Source: an uncultured Gammaproteobacteria bacterium
GTDB lineage: Bacteria > Patescibacteriota > Microgenomatia > UBA8517
Direction: 5' to 3'
NCBI GenBank assembly: GCA_964435575.1
Contig: CAYSZS010000001.1
Location: forward strand, 43,206-107,205
DNA: 64,000 nt
Made by a program: the position numbers and the translations under genes. Under the pieces are notes generated by a model. That model was not told the origin of the DNA, did no database searches, and saw only the letters and a list, made by a program, of their open reading frames with translations. Below are positions 7,152-16,427 of the stretch, one piece after another (position 1 is the stretch's first letter; each line of letters begins with the position of its first letter).

Positions 7152-9452
7152 ATGGTAAGAAGAAAAGTTAAAGTAAAGAAATTACTGGCTACATTTATGA
7201 TGGCTTTAGTATTGTTGGTGCAAAATCCGTTAGCTTTGGTAGCACAGGAAGCACCAACCCCTCCCCCATCACCAACCGCACCCGCTGAGCCGACGCCTCT
7301 ACCAGATGCTACGGAACTAACTCCGCCGGAAACACAAACTCCTCCAACTGAACCGACCCCGCCGCCTCAACCCACTGCACCGACTGCTCCAACCGCACCT
7401 ACTTCGCCGACTGCTCCTTCCTATGAGACGTATGTGACACCTACCCCCATTCCTTTACCGACGACATATTCAAGCTCATCGTCGAACCAGAGTGCGGGTT
7501 CTACGGCATCAACAAGTGGAGATTCAGGGAGCAGTACTACGCTATCCTCTCCGACCTCCGGAGCAGGGAGTCAGAATCAAAACGGACAAGCCGGGTCAAC
7601 TACGATAGCAACCGGGGACGCAACGAATGTCGGAAACATTTCAACTACAGCAAACAACAATCTTACGTCATCCCCGCAGGTTTCGGGGTCGGGAAGCGGA
7701 GCTCAGGTGGTCAATTCGGGTAATGGGACAAGCTCGACCAATTCAGGGTCAGTTGGAGTAACAAGCGATACAAATACCATTCAGAATAATTCTGCCATCG
7801 TAGGAAATGATTTGAATCAGGAAACGACAACTGGCGATAATTCAGCCTCTATGAATACTGGAGGAGATAACGTAATAACAACGGGGGATGCAAATACAAC
7901 TGGAACTATAGTTACCGGTGTGAATACGAATCTTGATGCCGTGACCGTTTATGAATTCAATATTTCTGACGATCATCTGGGTGACTATGTTTTGGACCTT
8001 GCTAATGCAACCTGTATATCTGGTTGCACTCCCGCTGACGTAACTGTAAAAAATGACGGGAATGGTGAAGGTTCAACTAATACCGGAGATGTCGATATTG
8101 ACCTAACTGATAATACTTTCCAGACAAACGATGCCTTGATAGAAAACAATATGAATTTAATATCAGATACTGGTGACAACAAGACGAGTATGAATACTGG
8201 TGGTGATAACACGATAACAACTGGTGATGCAAATGTGTCGGGAAGTGTAGTTAATATGGTTAATACCAATATAGTTGGTAATGTCGTCTATGCGGTTGTT
8301 AACATTTTTGGCGATTTGGTAGGAGACATAATTTTACCTGACGGATCCATACTTGCCTGCTGCGTCGGTTCGGTAACTGCCACAAATGTGGCTAATGGAT
8401 CGGATTCGACTAACACAGTTAATATAGATCAAAGTAGTAGCACAACTTCCTCACAGTTTAATAATGTGGATATTCAAAATAATTTGGTTCTAGATGCCAC
8501 AACAGGAGAAAACGACGTTAACAAAAATACAAACGGTGCATCATCTGTTACAACCGGGGATGCAAACTTGGTTGCACAAGTTCTGAATGTTGCCAATACC
8601 AATCTTGTCGGAGGCAATTGGTGGCTTGTTCTGGTAAACGAAGCAGGACGCTGGATCGGAAGGATAATCGGCGCAGACGGACAAAATTATGGAGGGTCCG
8701 GAGGGTTTGAATTTATAGTTAGTGAGTCCGGAGAAATAACTGCAGTAAATTCAGGAAACGGAGCGGATTCAACAAACACAGCCAATGTCAGCCAAAGTAC
8801 AAATACCACTACCTCGCAGACAAACAATGCCACAATTGTAAACAATGTTAACTTGAGTTCAAATACTGGAGGCAATAATGCTAATATGAATACAGGTGGT
8901 AATAATTCAATAGCAACCGGCGATGCAAACGTCATTGCAAGTATTGTTAACTTTGTAAACAATAATATTACCGGTGGTGGTAAACTCTTCGTGACAGTCA
9001 TTAATGTATTCGGTAGCTGGTTGGGAGATTTTGTTGGGCCAGGACAGACAAAAGAAAATAACGATTCAGGAAATTCTGGAGGTGGCTTGGGGGGAGTAGG
9101 AGGTAATGCTTCACAAGGAGATAGTCAGGAAAGTGGTAGTGCTCAACAAAGTGGGAATTCTGAGGTAAGTAGTTCTTCAATAGCCACCAGTGTTTTAGGG
9201 TTGTTTATAAATAGTACGGGTAATGGTTCGGGAAGTATAAGTTTTGGAAATGACCAAGAGTCAGTCCAGGCAGTAATGGGTGTAAGTGATGATGGTCAGG
9301 GTGGTAATCCAACCGCCGGAAATAAAGTGGTACGCATAAATCTGGCTTGGCTTACACCTCTTATTCCTCTCGGAATATTAGTCTTATTGAGAAAAAGAAG
9401 AAAAGTGACCAAAGTTGGTGCTTCTGCCGGGACAATTAAAGCATATCAGTAG
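7152..9452 (+). CDS. secreted, C-terminally membrane-anchored repeat protein B
   Basis: Likely start ATG 7152 (MVRRKVKVKKLL..., signal peptide). Pro/Thr/Ala and Ser/Gly regions. Four full repeats (NG..S.N...QxN...TGxN...NTxG...TGDAN) separated by hydrophobic beta inserts. TM followed by RKRRK. Confidence 0.8.
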   Translation: MVRRKVKVKKLLATFMMALVLLVQNPLALVAQEAPTPPPSPTAPAEPTPLPDATELTPPETQTPPTEPTPPPQPTAPTAPTAPTSPTAPSYETYVTPTPIPLPTTYSSSSSNQSAGSTASTSGDSGSSTTLSSPTSGAGSQNQNGQAGSTTIATGDATNVGNISTTANNNLTSSPQVSGSGSGAQVVNSGNGTSSTNSGSVGVTSDTNTIQNNSAIVGNDLNQETTTGDNSASMNTGGDNVITTGDANTTGTIVTGVNTNLDAVTVYEFNISDDHLGDYVLDLANATCISGCTPADVTVKNDGNGEGSTNTGDVDIDLTDNTFQTNDALIENNMNLISDTGDNKTSMNTGGDNTITTGDANVSGSVVNMVNTNIVGNVVYAVVNIFGDLVGDIILPDGSILACCVGSVTATNVANGSDSTNTVNIDQSSSTTSSQFNNVDIQNNLVLDATTGENDVNKNTNGASSVTTGDANLVAQVLNVANTNLVGGNWWLVLVNEAGRWIGRIIGADGQNYGGSGGFEFIVSESGEITAVNSGNGADSTNTANVSQSTNTTTSQTNNATIVNNVNLSSNTGGNNANMNTGGNNSIATGDANVIASIVNFVNNNITGGGKLFVTVINVFGSWLGDFVGPGQTKENNDSGNSGGGLGGVGGNASQGDSQESGSAQQSGNSEVSSSSIATSVLGLFINSTGNGSGSISFGNDQESVQAVMGVSDDGQGGNPTAGNKVVRINLAWLTPLIPLGILVLLRKRRKVTKVGASAGTIKAYQ

Positions 9453-9473
9453 ACCTTACTGCCCGTTGAGCAA

Positions 9474-10673
9474 ATGCTTACAAAATTAAGACGGGTTATC
9501 GCGATAATATTAGTTTTAACTCTACTTTGGGGTAGGGGAATTTCGTTTGTCAAAGCAGAAGAGTTTGTGATAACCGATAACGGCTCCGGTTCTTCAAATG
9601 AAGTAAATATTACGCAAGAAAGTCAGACGACGATAACACAAACTAATGCCGGCGAGACTTCTAACAGTGTTGATACAAATACAAATACGGGCGGTAATTC
9701 AGTTTCTGAAAATACAAATGGGGATACCTCGATTACAACAGGAGAGGCAGCCAGTCAGGTAGAGATAGAAAATAGTGGAAACACTTCGACTGTAAATGTA
9801 GGTTGTTGTCCCTCTCCTACAGATGCAACAATTTCGGGAAACGGAAGCGATTCGGCAAATGCTATTAATGTTGCCTCTTCAAATAGTACAACTATTACCT
9901 CGAATCAGACTGCAGTAGTTATGAATAATATCAACGGAACAGCTTCGACAGGTTCAAATTCGGCTAATTGGAATACTAGCGGAAGCGTATCAATCACAAC
10001 GGGAAATATTTATGCCAGTGTAAACCTCATAAATGATCCGATAAATACGAGTTCCGTTAGTGTAAGGAGCGGCGATCCAACTTTAATAGCGAAAATTTCA
10101 GGAAACGGCAGTGAATCGATAAACGATATCAATGCTGATTTTACAAATGATCTAAATGTTTATACCAATTTCTCCGCAGATATTAAGAATTATCTATTGT
10201 GGGACCTGGAAACAGGAGGAAATCAAGCTAATGGAAATTCTGGTGGGAGCGTGACAATAAAAACAGGGGACATTGACTTAGAAGTTTTTATTAAAAACTT
10301 TGTAAATTTAGGTAATGTTGAAGTAGATTGTTGTTTTGATCCTGGAAAACCAAAGGACGAAGAGCCTAAAGAGGAACCGAAAGATGAAGATGGCGGTAAC
10401 GGCGGGAATGGCGGCGGCGGCGGTGGGGGCGGCGGCGGCGGAGGAGGAGGACAGATATTACCCGAAGCGGCCGCAACTCAGGCGGGGGGTCCTGGAATAA
10501 TTGGTTTATCCGATACTTCAAGTGAAGGTGCTCAAGCTCTATTTTTCTTCATTGCCCTTACCATGATTTCTTTGGGGGGTAAGATAGTTGTTGATGAATT
10601 ATTCCCTCAAAAAAACTTTGCTTCTTTAAAAAAAAGTTTCCGACTAGTAGAGTCTCCGACTCGGAGAGAGTAA
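9474..10673 (+). CDS. secreted repeat protein C with candidate sortase sorting signal
   Basis: Signal peptide, three repeats of the same family, two CC motifs, acidic/Pro and poly-Gly linker, then LSDTS, a hydrophobic helix and a basic tail. Confidence 0.75.
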   Translation: MLTKLRRVIAIILVLTLLWGRGISFVKAEEFVITDNGSGSSNEVNITQESQTTITQTNAGETSNSVDTNTNTGGNSVSENTNGDTSITTGEAASQVEIENSGNTSTVNVGCCPSPTDATISGNGSDSANAINVASSNSTTITSNQTAVVMNNINGTASTGSNSANWNTSGSVSITTGNIYASVNLINDPINTSSVSVRSGDPTLIAKISGNGSESINDINADFTNDLNVYTNFSADIKNYLLWDLETGGNQANGNSGGSVTIKTGDIDLEVFIKNFVNLGNVEVDCCFDPGKPKDEEPKEEPKDEDGGNGGNGGGGGGGGGGGGGGQILPEAAATQAGGPGIIGLSDTSSEGAQALFFFIALTMISLGGKIVVDELFPQKNFASLKKSFRLVESPTRRE

Positions 10674-10685
10674 AATAAGCTTCTT

Positions 10686-11240
10686 ATGAAGAATGTAACT
10701 TCGGTACCTAAGATTACACTGGGTATTTCACTTTTATTTTTGGGCATGTTACTTTTTTTGGGAGGAAAAGTATCGCCAAGTTCTCAAAGCATAAGTTTTG
10801 AGAGCGAACCTGTAAAGGTAGAAAAACTTTCAAGCGATGAAGTTGATGATGCTAAAATTCCCAAAAGAATTATTATTCCACGATTGAGCTTAGACTTGGA
10901 AGTTAAAAAAGCAGATATTGTCAACGGATATTGGGAGGTGTTTCCCGATACCGCAGCCTGGGGATCGGGATCTGGAATTCCAGGAGAAAAAGGAAATCAA
11001 ATTATATTTGCTCATGCGAGAGAGGGACTCTTTTTACCACTTCAATCAATTAAAGTAGGTGTGAAATTATATATCTTAAGCGATTTGGGATGGTTCCAAT
11101 ATGAGGTTAGGGAGATAAAAGAAGTATATCCTAATCAGATTGAGGTGATTGCGCCGACCGAAGATGAAACACTCACTCTTTACACCTGTAGCGGGTTCTC
11201 TGACTCAAAAAGGCTAATAGTCATTGCAAAAAGAGTTTAG
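10686..11240 (+). CDS. sortase (class D/E/F-like)
   Basis: N-terminal TM. IIIPRLSL...PGEKGNQIIFAH (His), TLTLYTC (Cys) and KRLIV (Arg) give the complete catalytic triad. Confidence 0.9.
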   Translation: MKNVTSVPKITLGISLLFLGMLLFLGGKVSPSSQSISFESEPVKVEKLSSDEVDDAKIPKRIIIPRLSLDLEVKKADIVNGYWEVFPDTAAWGSGSGIPGEKGNQIIFAHAREGLFLPLQSIKVGVKLYILSDLGWFQYEVREIKEVYPNQIEVIAPTEDETLTLYTCSGFSDSKRLIVIAKRV

Positions 11241-11284
11241 AATTCTCTTGAAAGAGTGCCTTCGAAAGTTTAAGATAAGAGGAA

Positions 11285-12244
11285 ATGAATACTGTTGCAG
11301 TTACGCTATCCCATTTTCTTTTTCCAAGGCATAGTAATAATCACAAGGCAAAACTACTACACTCGACCTCTTTAATGCTCTTGGCTCTTTTTTTGATCTT
11401 CTATCAGGTAATCTTGCATGCTCTTCCTTTGACTGGTATCAGAATTTTGGGATATGCCGCCAATATTCCTACAAGCGAGGTAATTAATCTGACAAATCAA
11501 AAAAGGGCCGAAAATGGTGTAGCCAGCCTATCTACGAGTGTGCTTTTAACCGAAGCGGCTAGACTCAAAGGTGAGCATATGCTTGTCAATGATTATTGGG
11601 CTCATACGGCTCCTGATGGAACTGAACCCTGGACATTTTTTACCGATGTTGGATATAAATATAGGTACGCCGGAGAGAATTTGGCTCGTGACTTCTCTAA
11701 TCCCAATTCGGCAATAGAGGCTTGGTTGGCCTCTCCTTCTCATCGGGAAAATATGCTATCAGGTAAATATAAAGAAATAGGCGTTGCTGTTGTTGAGGGA
11801 GATTTAGGAGGAGTGGATACTACAATAATTGTTTCGTTTTTCGGTACAAATATTTCCGATACCACCTCACAGGTTCCTGTAGTTGCTGCTAAACCCCAAA
11901 TCGAGGTAACTCCGACGCCGCAATCATTAGCGACATTTACTCCAACCCCGCCGTATCTTGCTGGGGTTGTCACTCCAACCCAAGGCATTGAGAAGATAAT
12001 AACATTGGAAGAACCAGTTCAGGAAAGGGCAGGTAGATATCAAATTCTATTTTCTCCTTTTGAATCCACAAAAGAAGTAGCCGTGGCTACCACGGTTTTA
12101 CTTCTTGTTGTGTTAATTATTGACGGAATAATAGTTACCAGGAGAAATATCACAAGAATTGGAGGAAGAACATTTGCTCATATTGCTTTTTTGGGAATGA
12201 TTTTGGCCATACTTTTAATTGCGAAAGTGGGAGAAATACTTTAA
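11285..12244 (+). CDS. CAP/SCP (YkwD-like) domain membrane protein
   Basis: LTNQKR, YWAH, GENLA, WLASPSHRENML motifs. N- and C-terminal TM segments and a PT linker. TTGAAA-17-TAAGAT promoter at 11248-11276. Confidence 0.88.
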   Translation: MNTVAVTLSHFLFPRHSNNHKAKLLHSTSLMLLALFLIFYQVILHALPLTGIRILGYAANIPTSEVINLTNQKRAENGVASLSTSVLLTEAARLKGEHMLVNDYWAHTAPDGTEPWTFFTDVGYKYRYAGENLARDFSNPNSAIEAWLASPSHRENMLSGKYKEIGVAVVEGDLGGVDTTIIVSFFGTNISDTTSQVPVVAAKPQIEVTPTPQSLATFTPTPPYLAGVVTPTQGIEKIITLEEPVQERAGRYQILFSPFESTKEVAVATTVLLLVVLIIDGIIVTRRNITRIGGRTFAHIAFLGMILAILLIAKVGEIL

Positions 12245-12254
12245 ATACAATATT

Positions 12255-12515
12255 ATGAGGGAGATTACGCATCACTTACGACATTACCTTCCCCTTTTGG
12301 GCATACTTATTGCGGCAATTTCCGGTTTCATGATTTTCTCATGGGATCGGGTATTTCAATTTGTTGTTGTCGTTGCTGCTAGCCTGGGTTACTTTGTCTG
12401 GGGTTTGGTACATCACCATATTCACAAAGATTTACATCCCAGTGTGGTTGTGGAATACTTTGCAATTGCAATTTTAGGAATTGTAATTGTTTTTAGTTTA
12501 CTTTTCAGAGTTTGA
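12255..12515 (+). CDS. small 3-TM His-rich membrane protein
   Basis: Three hydrophobic helices and YFVWGLVHHHIH...VVEY. Start taken at ATG 12255. Confidence 0.65.
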   Translation: MREITHHLRHYLPLLGILIAAISGFMIFSWDRVFQFVVVVAASLGYFVWGLVHHHIHKDLHPSVVVEYFAIAILGIVIVFSLLFRV

Positions 12516-13398
12516 GGGTTTTCAAAAAGTGAGCGAACTCGCGTCCGATGTCCTTACGCTTAAGCGCAAATTTCACTTGTGTTTGCATGTAGGTTAGGGG
12601 GTCTCCTGTTGTCATCCACTCACCGACTATTGGTTGAGCGATTACCCTTTCTCCTTTTGCTACAAGTCTATTGAGTATATCGATAATCCAAAGTTCATTT
12701 CCCTTTCCCAGAGGCGTTTTTTTTGCCTCACGGATAACATCGTAAGTGAATATAAATCTTCCGAATTGGGCCATATTTGACGGAGCCTCATTGGGAGGAA
12801 GTTTTTCGTGGCCCATCTTCATATCATATTTGTACTTAGCATGTTCTTTGTACTCGATACTTGCGTATTTTCCAATTTGATTCCAGTCTACCTCTTGTAC
12901 TGCCAAAACTGCAGAAGGCTTTTCTTTTTCGTAGACATCGATTAACTGCTTGACTACGGGTATTTTTGACAAAGTTAGATCGTCGCCAAACATATATACA
13001 AAAGCTTCGTCGTCGTCAATAAGGTGGGAAACTGTTAATAGCGGAGTTCCATTCCCATACGGCAGGTGTTTGTTTTGTCTGACGTAGGCAAAGTTAGCTA
13101 TTTCCGGAAGATGTTTTATCTGTTCCAATAAAGCTCTTTTGCCGTTTTTTTCCAAGATGTGCTCGAGCTCGACGTGTGTGTCAAAATGATCTTCCATTAT
13201 GCCGTGGCCTGCTTGGGTTACTATTATTATGTCCTCGATGCCAGAATTAACACACTCGTCGACGACATGATGAATTATAGGCTTATCAATTATAGGAAAC
13301 ATCTGTTTGGGAACGTTTTTGCTTGCTGGAAGAAAGCGTGTGCCATAACCGGCGACAGCAATCACGGCCTTTTTAATTTTGGGGAAGTTCTTTTTCAC
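12505..13398 (-). CDS. galU: UTP--glucose-1-phosphate uridylyltransferase (GalU-like)
   Basis: KAVIAVAGYGTRFLPASK.VPKQM, EDHFD, VRQ..P.G.G, GDD. GTG 13398 follows a TGgTATAAT box. Confidence 0.82.
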   Translation of the reverse strand: MKKNFPKIKKAVIAVAGYGTRFLPASKNVPKQMFPIIDKPIIHHVVDECVNSGIEDIIIVTQAGHGIMEDHFDTHVELEHILEKNGKRALLEQIKHLPEIANFAYVRQNKHLPYGNGTPLLTVSHLIDDDEAFVYMFGDDLTLSKIPVVKQLIDVYEKEKPSAVLAVQEVDWNQIGKYASIEYKEHAKYKYDMKMGHEKLPPNEAPSNMAQFGRFIFTYDVIREAKKTPLGKGNELWIIDILNRLVAKGERVIAQPIVGEWMTTGDPLTYMQTQVKFALKRKDIGREFAHFLKTLKL

Positions 13399-13515
13399 AA
13401 GTTGTAAAATTATACCAAATGCGACACGAATATATAAGATTAATTCGAAAGGGCGCATTCGGGCAGCAATTGCCAAAGGCAACTTTTTTCGCTATTCGTA
13501 TGCTATAATTTGAGC

Positions 13516-14019
13516 ATGAATAAGCAAAATGGAGAGTTTCATAGCCCAACTAAGGGAGTAGTGACCAACTCGGACATGGTGTCACTGATATCTTCGTTTG
13601 TAGATGAAGAGCCTCACAGTTTCTATCGATTAGTTATAGGGACTGATAGCCAGACTAGGAAAAGTAACGGCGAAACCGAAATAGATTTTGTGACCGCTGT
13701 AATTGTCCATAGAATAGGAAGAGGAGCACGCTACTTTTGGAGAAAAGAAAAGCGAAATGGCCACCCCCCGGTTTTAAGAGATAAAATTTACACAGAGACT
13801 TTAATGAGCTTACAGACTGCTCAGGTAATTGTTCCTGAAATTAGAAAAGTTGTTTCTCCGGCAAAATACGACTTGGAAATCCACATTGATGTAGGACCAT
13901 TGGGGCCTACAAGAGACATGATTAGAGAGGTTGTCGGAATGGTTAATGGGAATGGTTATGTGGCAAAGACAAAACCGGATTCTTGGGGTGCTTCGAGTGT
14001 GGCAGACAAACACACTTAA
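13516..14019 (+). CDS. YkuK/DUF458 RNase H-like protein
   Basis: IGTDSQ, KIYTETLMSL, EIHIDVG and KPDSWGASSVADKH motifs. Confidence 0.85.
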   Translation: MNKQNGEFHSPTKGVVTNSDMVSLISSFVDEEPHSFYRLVIGTDSQTRKSNGETEIDFVTAVIVHRIGRGARYFWRKEKRNGHPPVLRDKIYTETLMSLQTAQVIVPEIRKVVSPAKYDLEIHIDVGPLGPTRDMIREVVGMVNGNGYVAKTKPDSWGASSVADKHT

Positions 14020-14038
14020 CCAATTTCTATAAAGTTGG

Positions 14039-14131
14039 AATAACTAAATTCCAAATGACAAGTTCCAAACAAATTTTAAAAATTTAGATTTAGAACTTCA
14101 TTTGATATTTGATTTTTGAAATTTGGACTTT
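14039..14131. repeat. intergenic degenerate 7-mer tandem repeats arranged as inverted halves
   Basis: aattcca/aatgaca/agttcca units followed by tttgata/tttgatt/tttgaaa/tttggac units. Confidence 0.6.
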
Positions 14132-14136
14132 ATCTC

Positions 14137-14571
14137 ATGAAATATAGATTTCTTCCAAATATCGCTACTGCTGATCTTGCTTTTGAAGCCTTCGGACGGG
14201 ACTACAACGAACTTTTTGAAAATGCCGGACTTGCTCTGGAGTCTGCGATGGTTGATTTGATATCCTTAAAGGCTCGGGAAGTCAAGGAAATAAAGCTAGA
14301 AGGCGAAAATTTAGAGGCCCTACTCTCCTCATTTCTAGAAGAGCTTGTATTTATAAAAGATTCGGAACAGCTTTTGTTTAATAATATATTATGCGATGTA
14401 AAACAGATGGGTGGTGGAAGGTGGAGAGTGGACGCTAAGTTGGGTGGAGAGAAGATTGATAGAAAGAAACACAAATTAGGAGTTGATGTCAAAGCGGTCA
14501 CAAAGCACCTTTTCAAAATCGAAGTACGTCCAGACAAGACCTATCATTGCCAAGTTATTTTAGACGTTTAG
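14137..14571 (+). CDS. archease (RtcB cofactor)
   Basis: TADLAFEAFG, LFENA, FLEEL, VKAVTKH and a C-terminal ILDV. Lies directly upstream of rtcB. Confidence 0.9.
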   Translation: MKYRFLPNIATADLAFEAFGRDYNELFENAGLALESAMVDLISLKAREVKEIKLEGENLEALLSSFLEELVFIKDSEQLLFNNILCDVKQMGGGRWRVDAKLGGEKIDRKKHKLGVDVKAVTKHLFKIEVRPDKTYHCQVILDV

Positions 14572-14651
14572 TTAATTCTATATTGCTATGTAGCGATGTA
14601 TCAAATTGAACCTAAAAACCTGACGATTTATTGATGGTAAAATAGATTATT

Positions 14652-16112
14652 GTGGATGCAAAATTTCTTTCCGAGTTTAAGGAAATAGAAAAGGGGATTT
14701 GGGATCTTCCGAAAAGTTATAAGTTAGGCATGCGGGTTCCTCTTCGAATCGTTGCCACCGAAAAACTTCTGAAAGAAATGGATGACGGAGCCGTCCAGCA
14801 GGGTATAAACGTATCCCAGCTCCCCGGGATAGTTGGTGCTTCTTTAATGATGCCTGATGCCCACTGGGGTTACGGCTTCCCAATCGGAGGCGTTGCCGCA
14901 TTTGACCTTAAAACCGGAATTTTGTCACCGGGTGGAATTGGTTTCGACATAAATTGTGGAATGAGATTACTGACGACGAATTTAACTGAAGAGGAAGTTC
15001 GGCCAAGGATTGTACAAATTGTAAATGAGCTTTTTGACGCAGTCCCGACCGGCGTGGGCGGTAGCGGAATTATAAGGTTGTCCAAAAAAGAGTTTAAAGA
15101 TGTGATGGTTAAGGGAGCGGCGTGGGCAGTTGAAAAAGGGCTTGGCTGGAAAGAAGACGTGCTACATATTGAGGAGGAAGGTAGTATCAAGGAAGCAGAT
15201 CCGGAAGCTGTATCCGACCGCGCAATAGCACGGGGTATAAATCAATTGGGAACTCTCGGAAGCGGTAATCATTATTTAGAAGTACAGAAAGTTGAAACAA
15301 TATTTGACCAGAATTTAGCTGATGAGCTGGGTATCTTACAAAGAGGCCAAGTCGTTGTCATGATTCATTGTGGGAGTCGTGGATTCGGACACCAGGTTGG
15401 GACAGATTATCTAAACACTTTTGAGCCTGCTATGAAAAAGTACGCAATCATAGTACCCGATAGACAACTTGCTTGTATGCCAATTAGTTCCCCCGAAGGC
15501 AAAGAGTATTTTGCTGCAATGGCAGCTGCTGCTAATAATGCTTTTTGCAATCGCCAAGTAATCGCCCATAAAGTCCGCGAAGTTTTTGCCCATGTTTTTG
15601 GAAAATCCGCCGAAGACTTGGAAATGGATTTGGTCTATGATGTAGCACATAATATAGCCAAAGTGGAAAAATTCCAAATCCCGAATTCCAAATCCCAAAT
15701 AAATTCAATATCTAAAAAATCAAAAACGAAAACGGTGGAGGTAATGGTGCACCGTAAAGGTGCTTCTAGAAGCTACCCAAACCAGCCTGTGATATTGGGT
15801 GGTTCGATGGAAACAGGGTCGTATCTTTTAATGGGCACAGAGGGCGCAATGCAGAAAACATTTGGTTCGACAGCGCACGGTTCGGGTCGTACAATGAGTA
15901 GAACACAAGCCAAGAGAGAGGTGCGAGGGGAGGATCTGCAAAAGAAGATGAAAAAACATGGGATTTATGTCAAATCAGCCTCATTTTCGGGACTTGCTGA
16001 AGAAGCGGGCTTTGCATATAAAGACATCAACGAAGTCGTAACCGCACTCTCTACAGCCGACACCTCCCAACCGGTTGCTTCTTTTAAACCCTTGGGGAAT
16101 ATAAAAGGTTGA
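14652..16112 (+). CDS. rtcB: RNA ligase RtcB (archease-dependent type)
   Basis: MPDAHWGYGFPIGGV, GFDINCG, GTLGSGNHYLEVQ, HCGSRG, HNIAK, HRKGA, HGSGR, EEA..AYK. Confidence 0.95.
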   Translation: MDAKFLSEFKEIEKGIWDLPKSYKLGMRVPLRIVATEKLLKEMDDGAVQQGINVSQLPGIVGASLMMPDAHWGYGFPIGGVAAFDLKTGILSPGGIGFDINCGMRLLTTNLTEEEVRPRIVQIVNELFDAVPTGVGGSGIIRLSKKEFKDVMVKGAAWAVEKGLGWKEDVLHIEEEGSIKEADPEAVSDRAIARGINQLGTLGSGNHYLEVQKVETIFDQNLADELGILQRGQVVVMIHCGSRGFGHQVGTDYLNTFEPAMKKYAIIVPDRQLACMPISSPEGKEYFAAMAAAANNAFCNRQVIAHKVREVFAHVFGKSAEDLEMDLVYDVAHNIAKVEKFQIPNSKSQINSISKKSKTKTVEVMVHRKGASRSYPNQPVILGGSMETGSYLLMGTEGAMQKTFGSTAHGSGRTMSRTQAKREVRGEDLQKKMKKHGIYVKSASFSGLAEEAGFAYKDINEVVTALSTADTSQPVASFKPLGNIKG

Positions 16113-16138
16113 TTAATTAGAATCGCGCATATTTAAGG

Positions 16139-16357
16139 TTAACTGTCGGCCTGATTGGTTATTTCTAAAGTCGAATCTGCCGGAGTACTCGCACGAGGAT
16201 ATATGTCTAGAGTTTCTTCGGTTGCTGGGTTGTTCGGATCGCCCGGTAATCCCATTTCCTTCCACATCCTTTCGCGGAGTGTTAACTCCGGTGGCTTATT
16301 GCTTAGTATTACCGGCCTGTAATCGTTTCCCGGATTATCGTGTTCAGACAATTTCAT
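16139..16357 (-). CDS. small hypothetical protein
   Basis: 72-aa ORF filling the gap between rtcB and rfbA with an AT-rich upstream region. No recognisable motif. Confidence 0.4.
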   Translation of the reverse strand: MKLSEHDNPGNDYRPVILSNKPPELTLRERMWKEMGLPGDPNNPATEETLDIYPRASTPADSTLEITNQADS

Positions 16358-16427
16358 AGTAGATGTATAATATTACAAATGTAGGGTTTTGACTATAGTT
16401 TGGGGAATTTGCTATCATGCAAACATA

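Noticed and set aside
10392-10450. GGC-rich run as a contingency locus or G-quadruplex
   Set aside because: It is a triplet repeat encoding a poly-Gly linker, so slippage would keep the frame.
5556-10673. Assignment of the repeat proteins to curli CsgA/B, FapC or sortase pilins
   Set aside because: Repeat length and consensus differ, no CsgG/FapF-type secretion genes are present, and no YPKN pilin motif or canonical LPxTG was seen.
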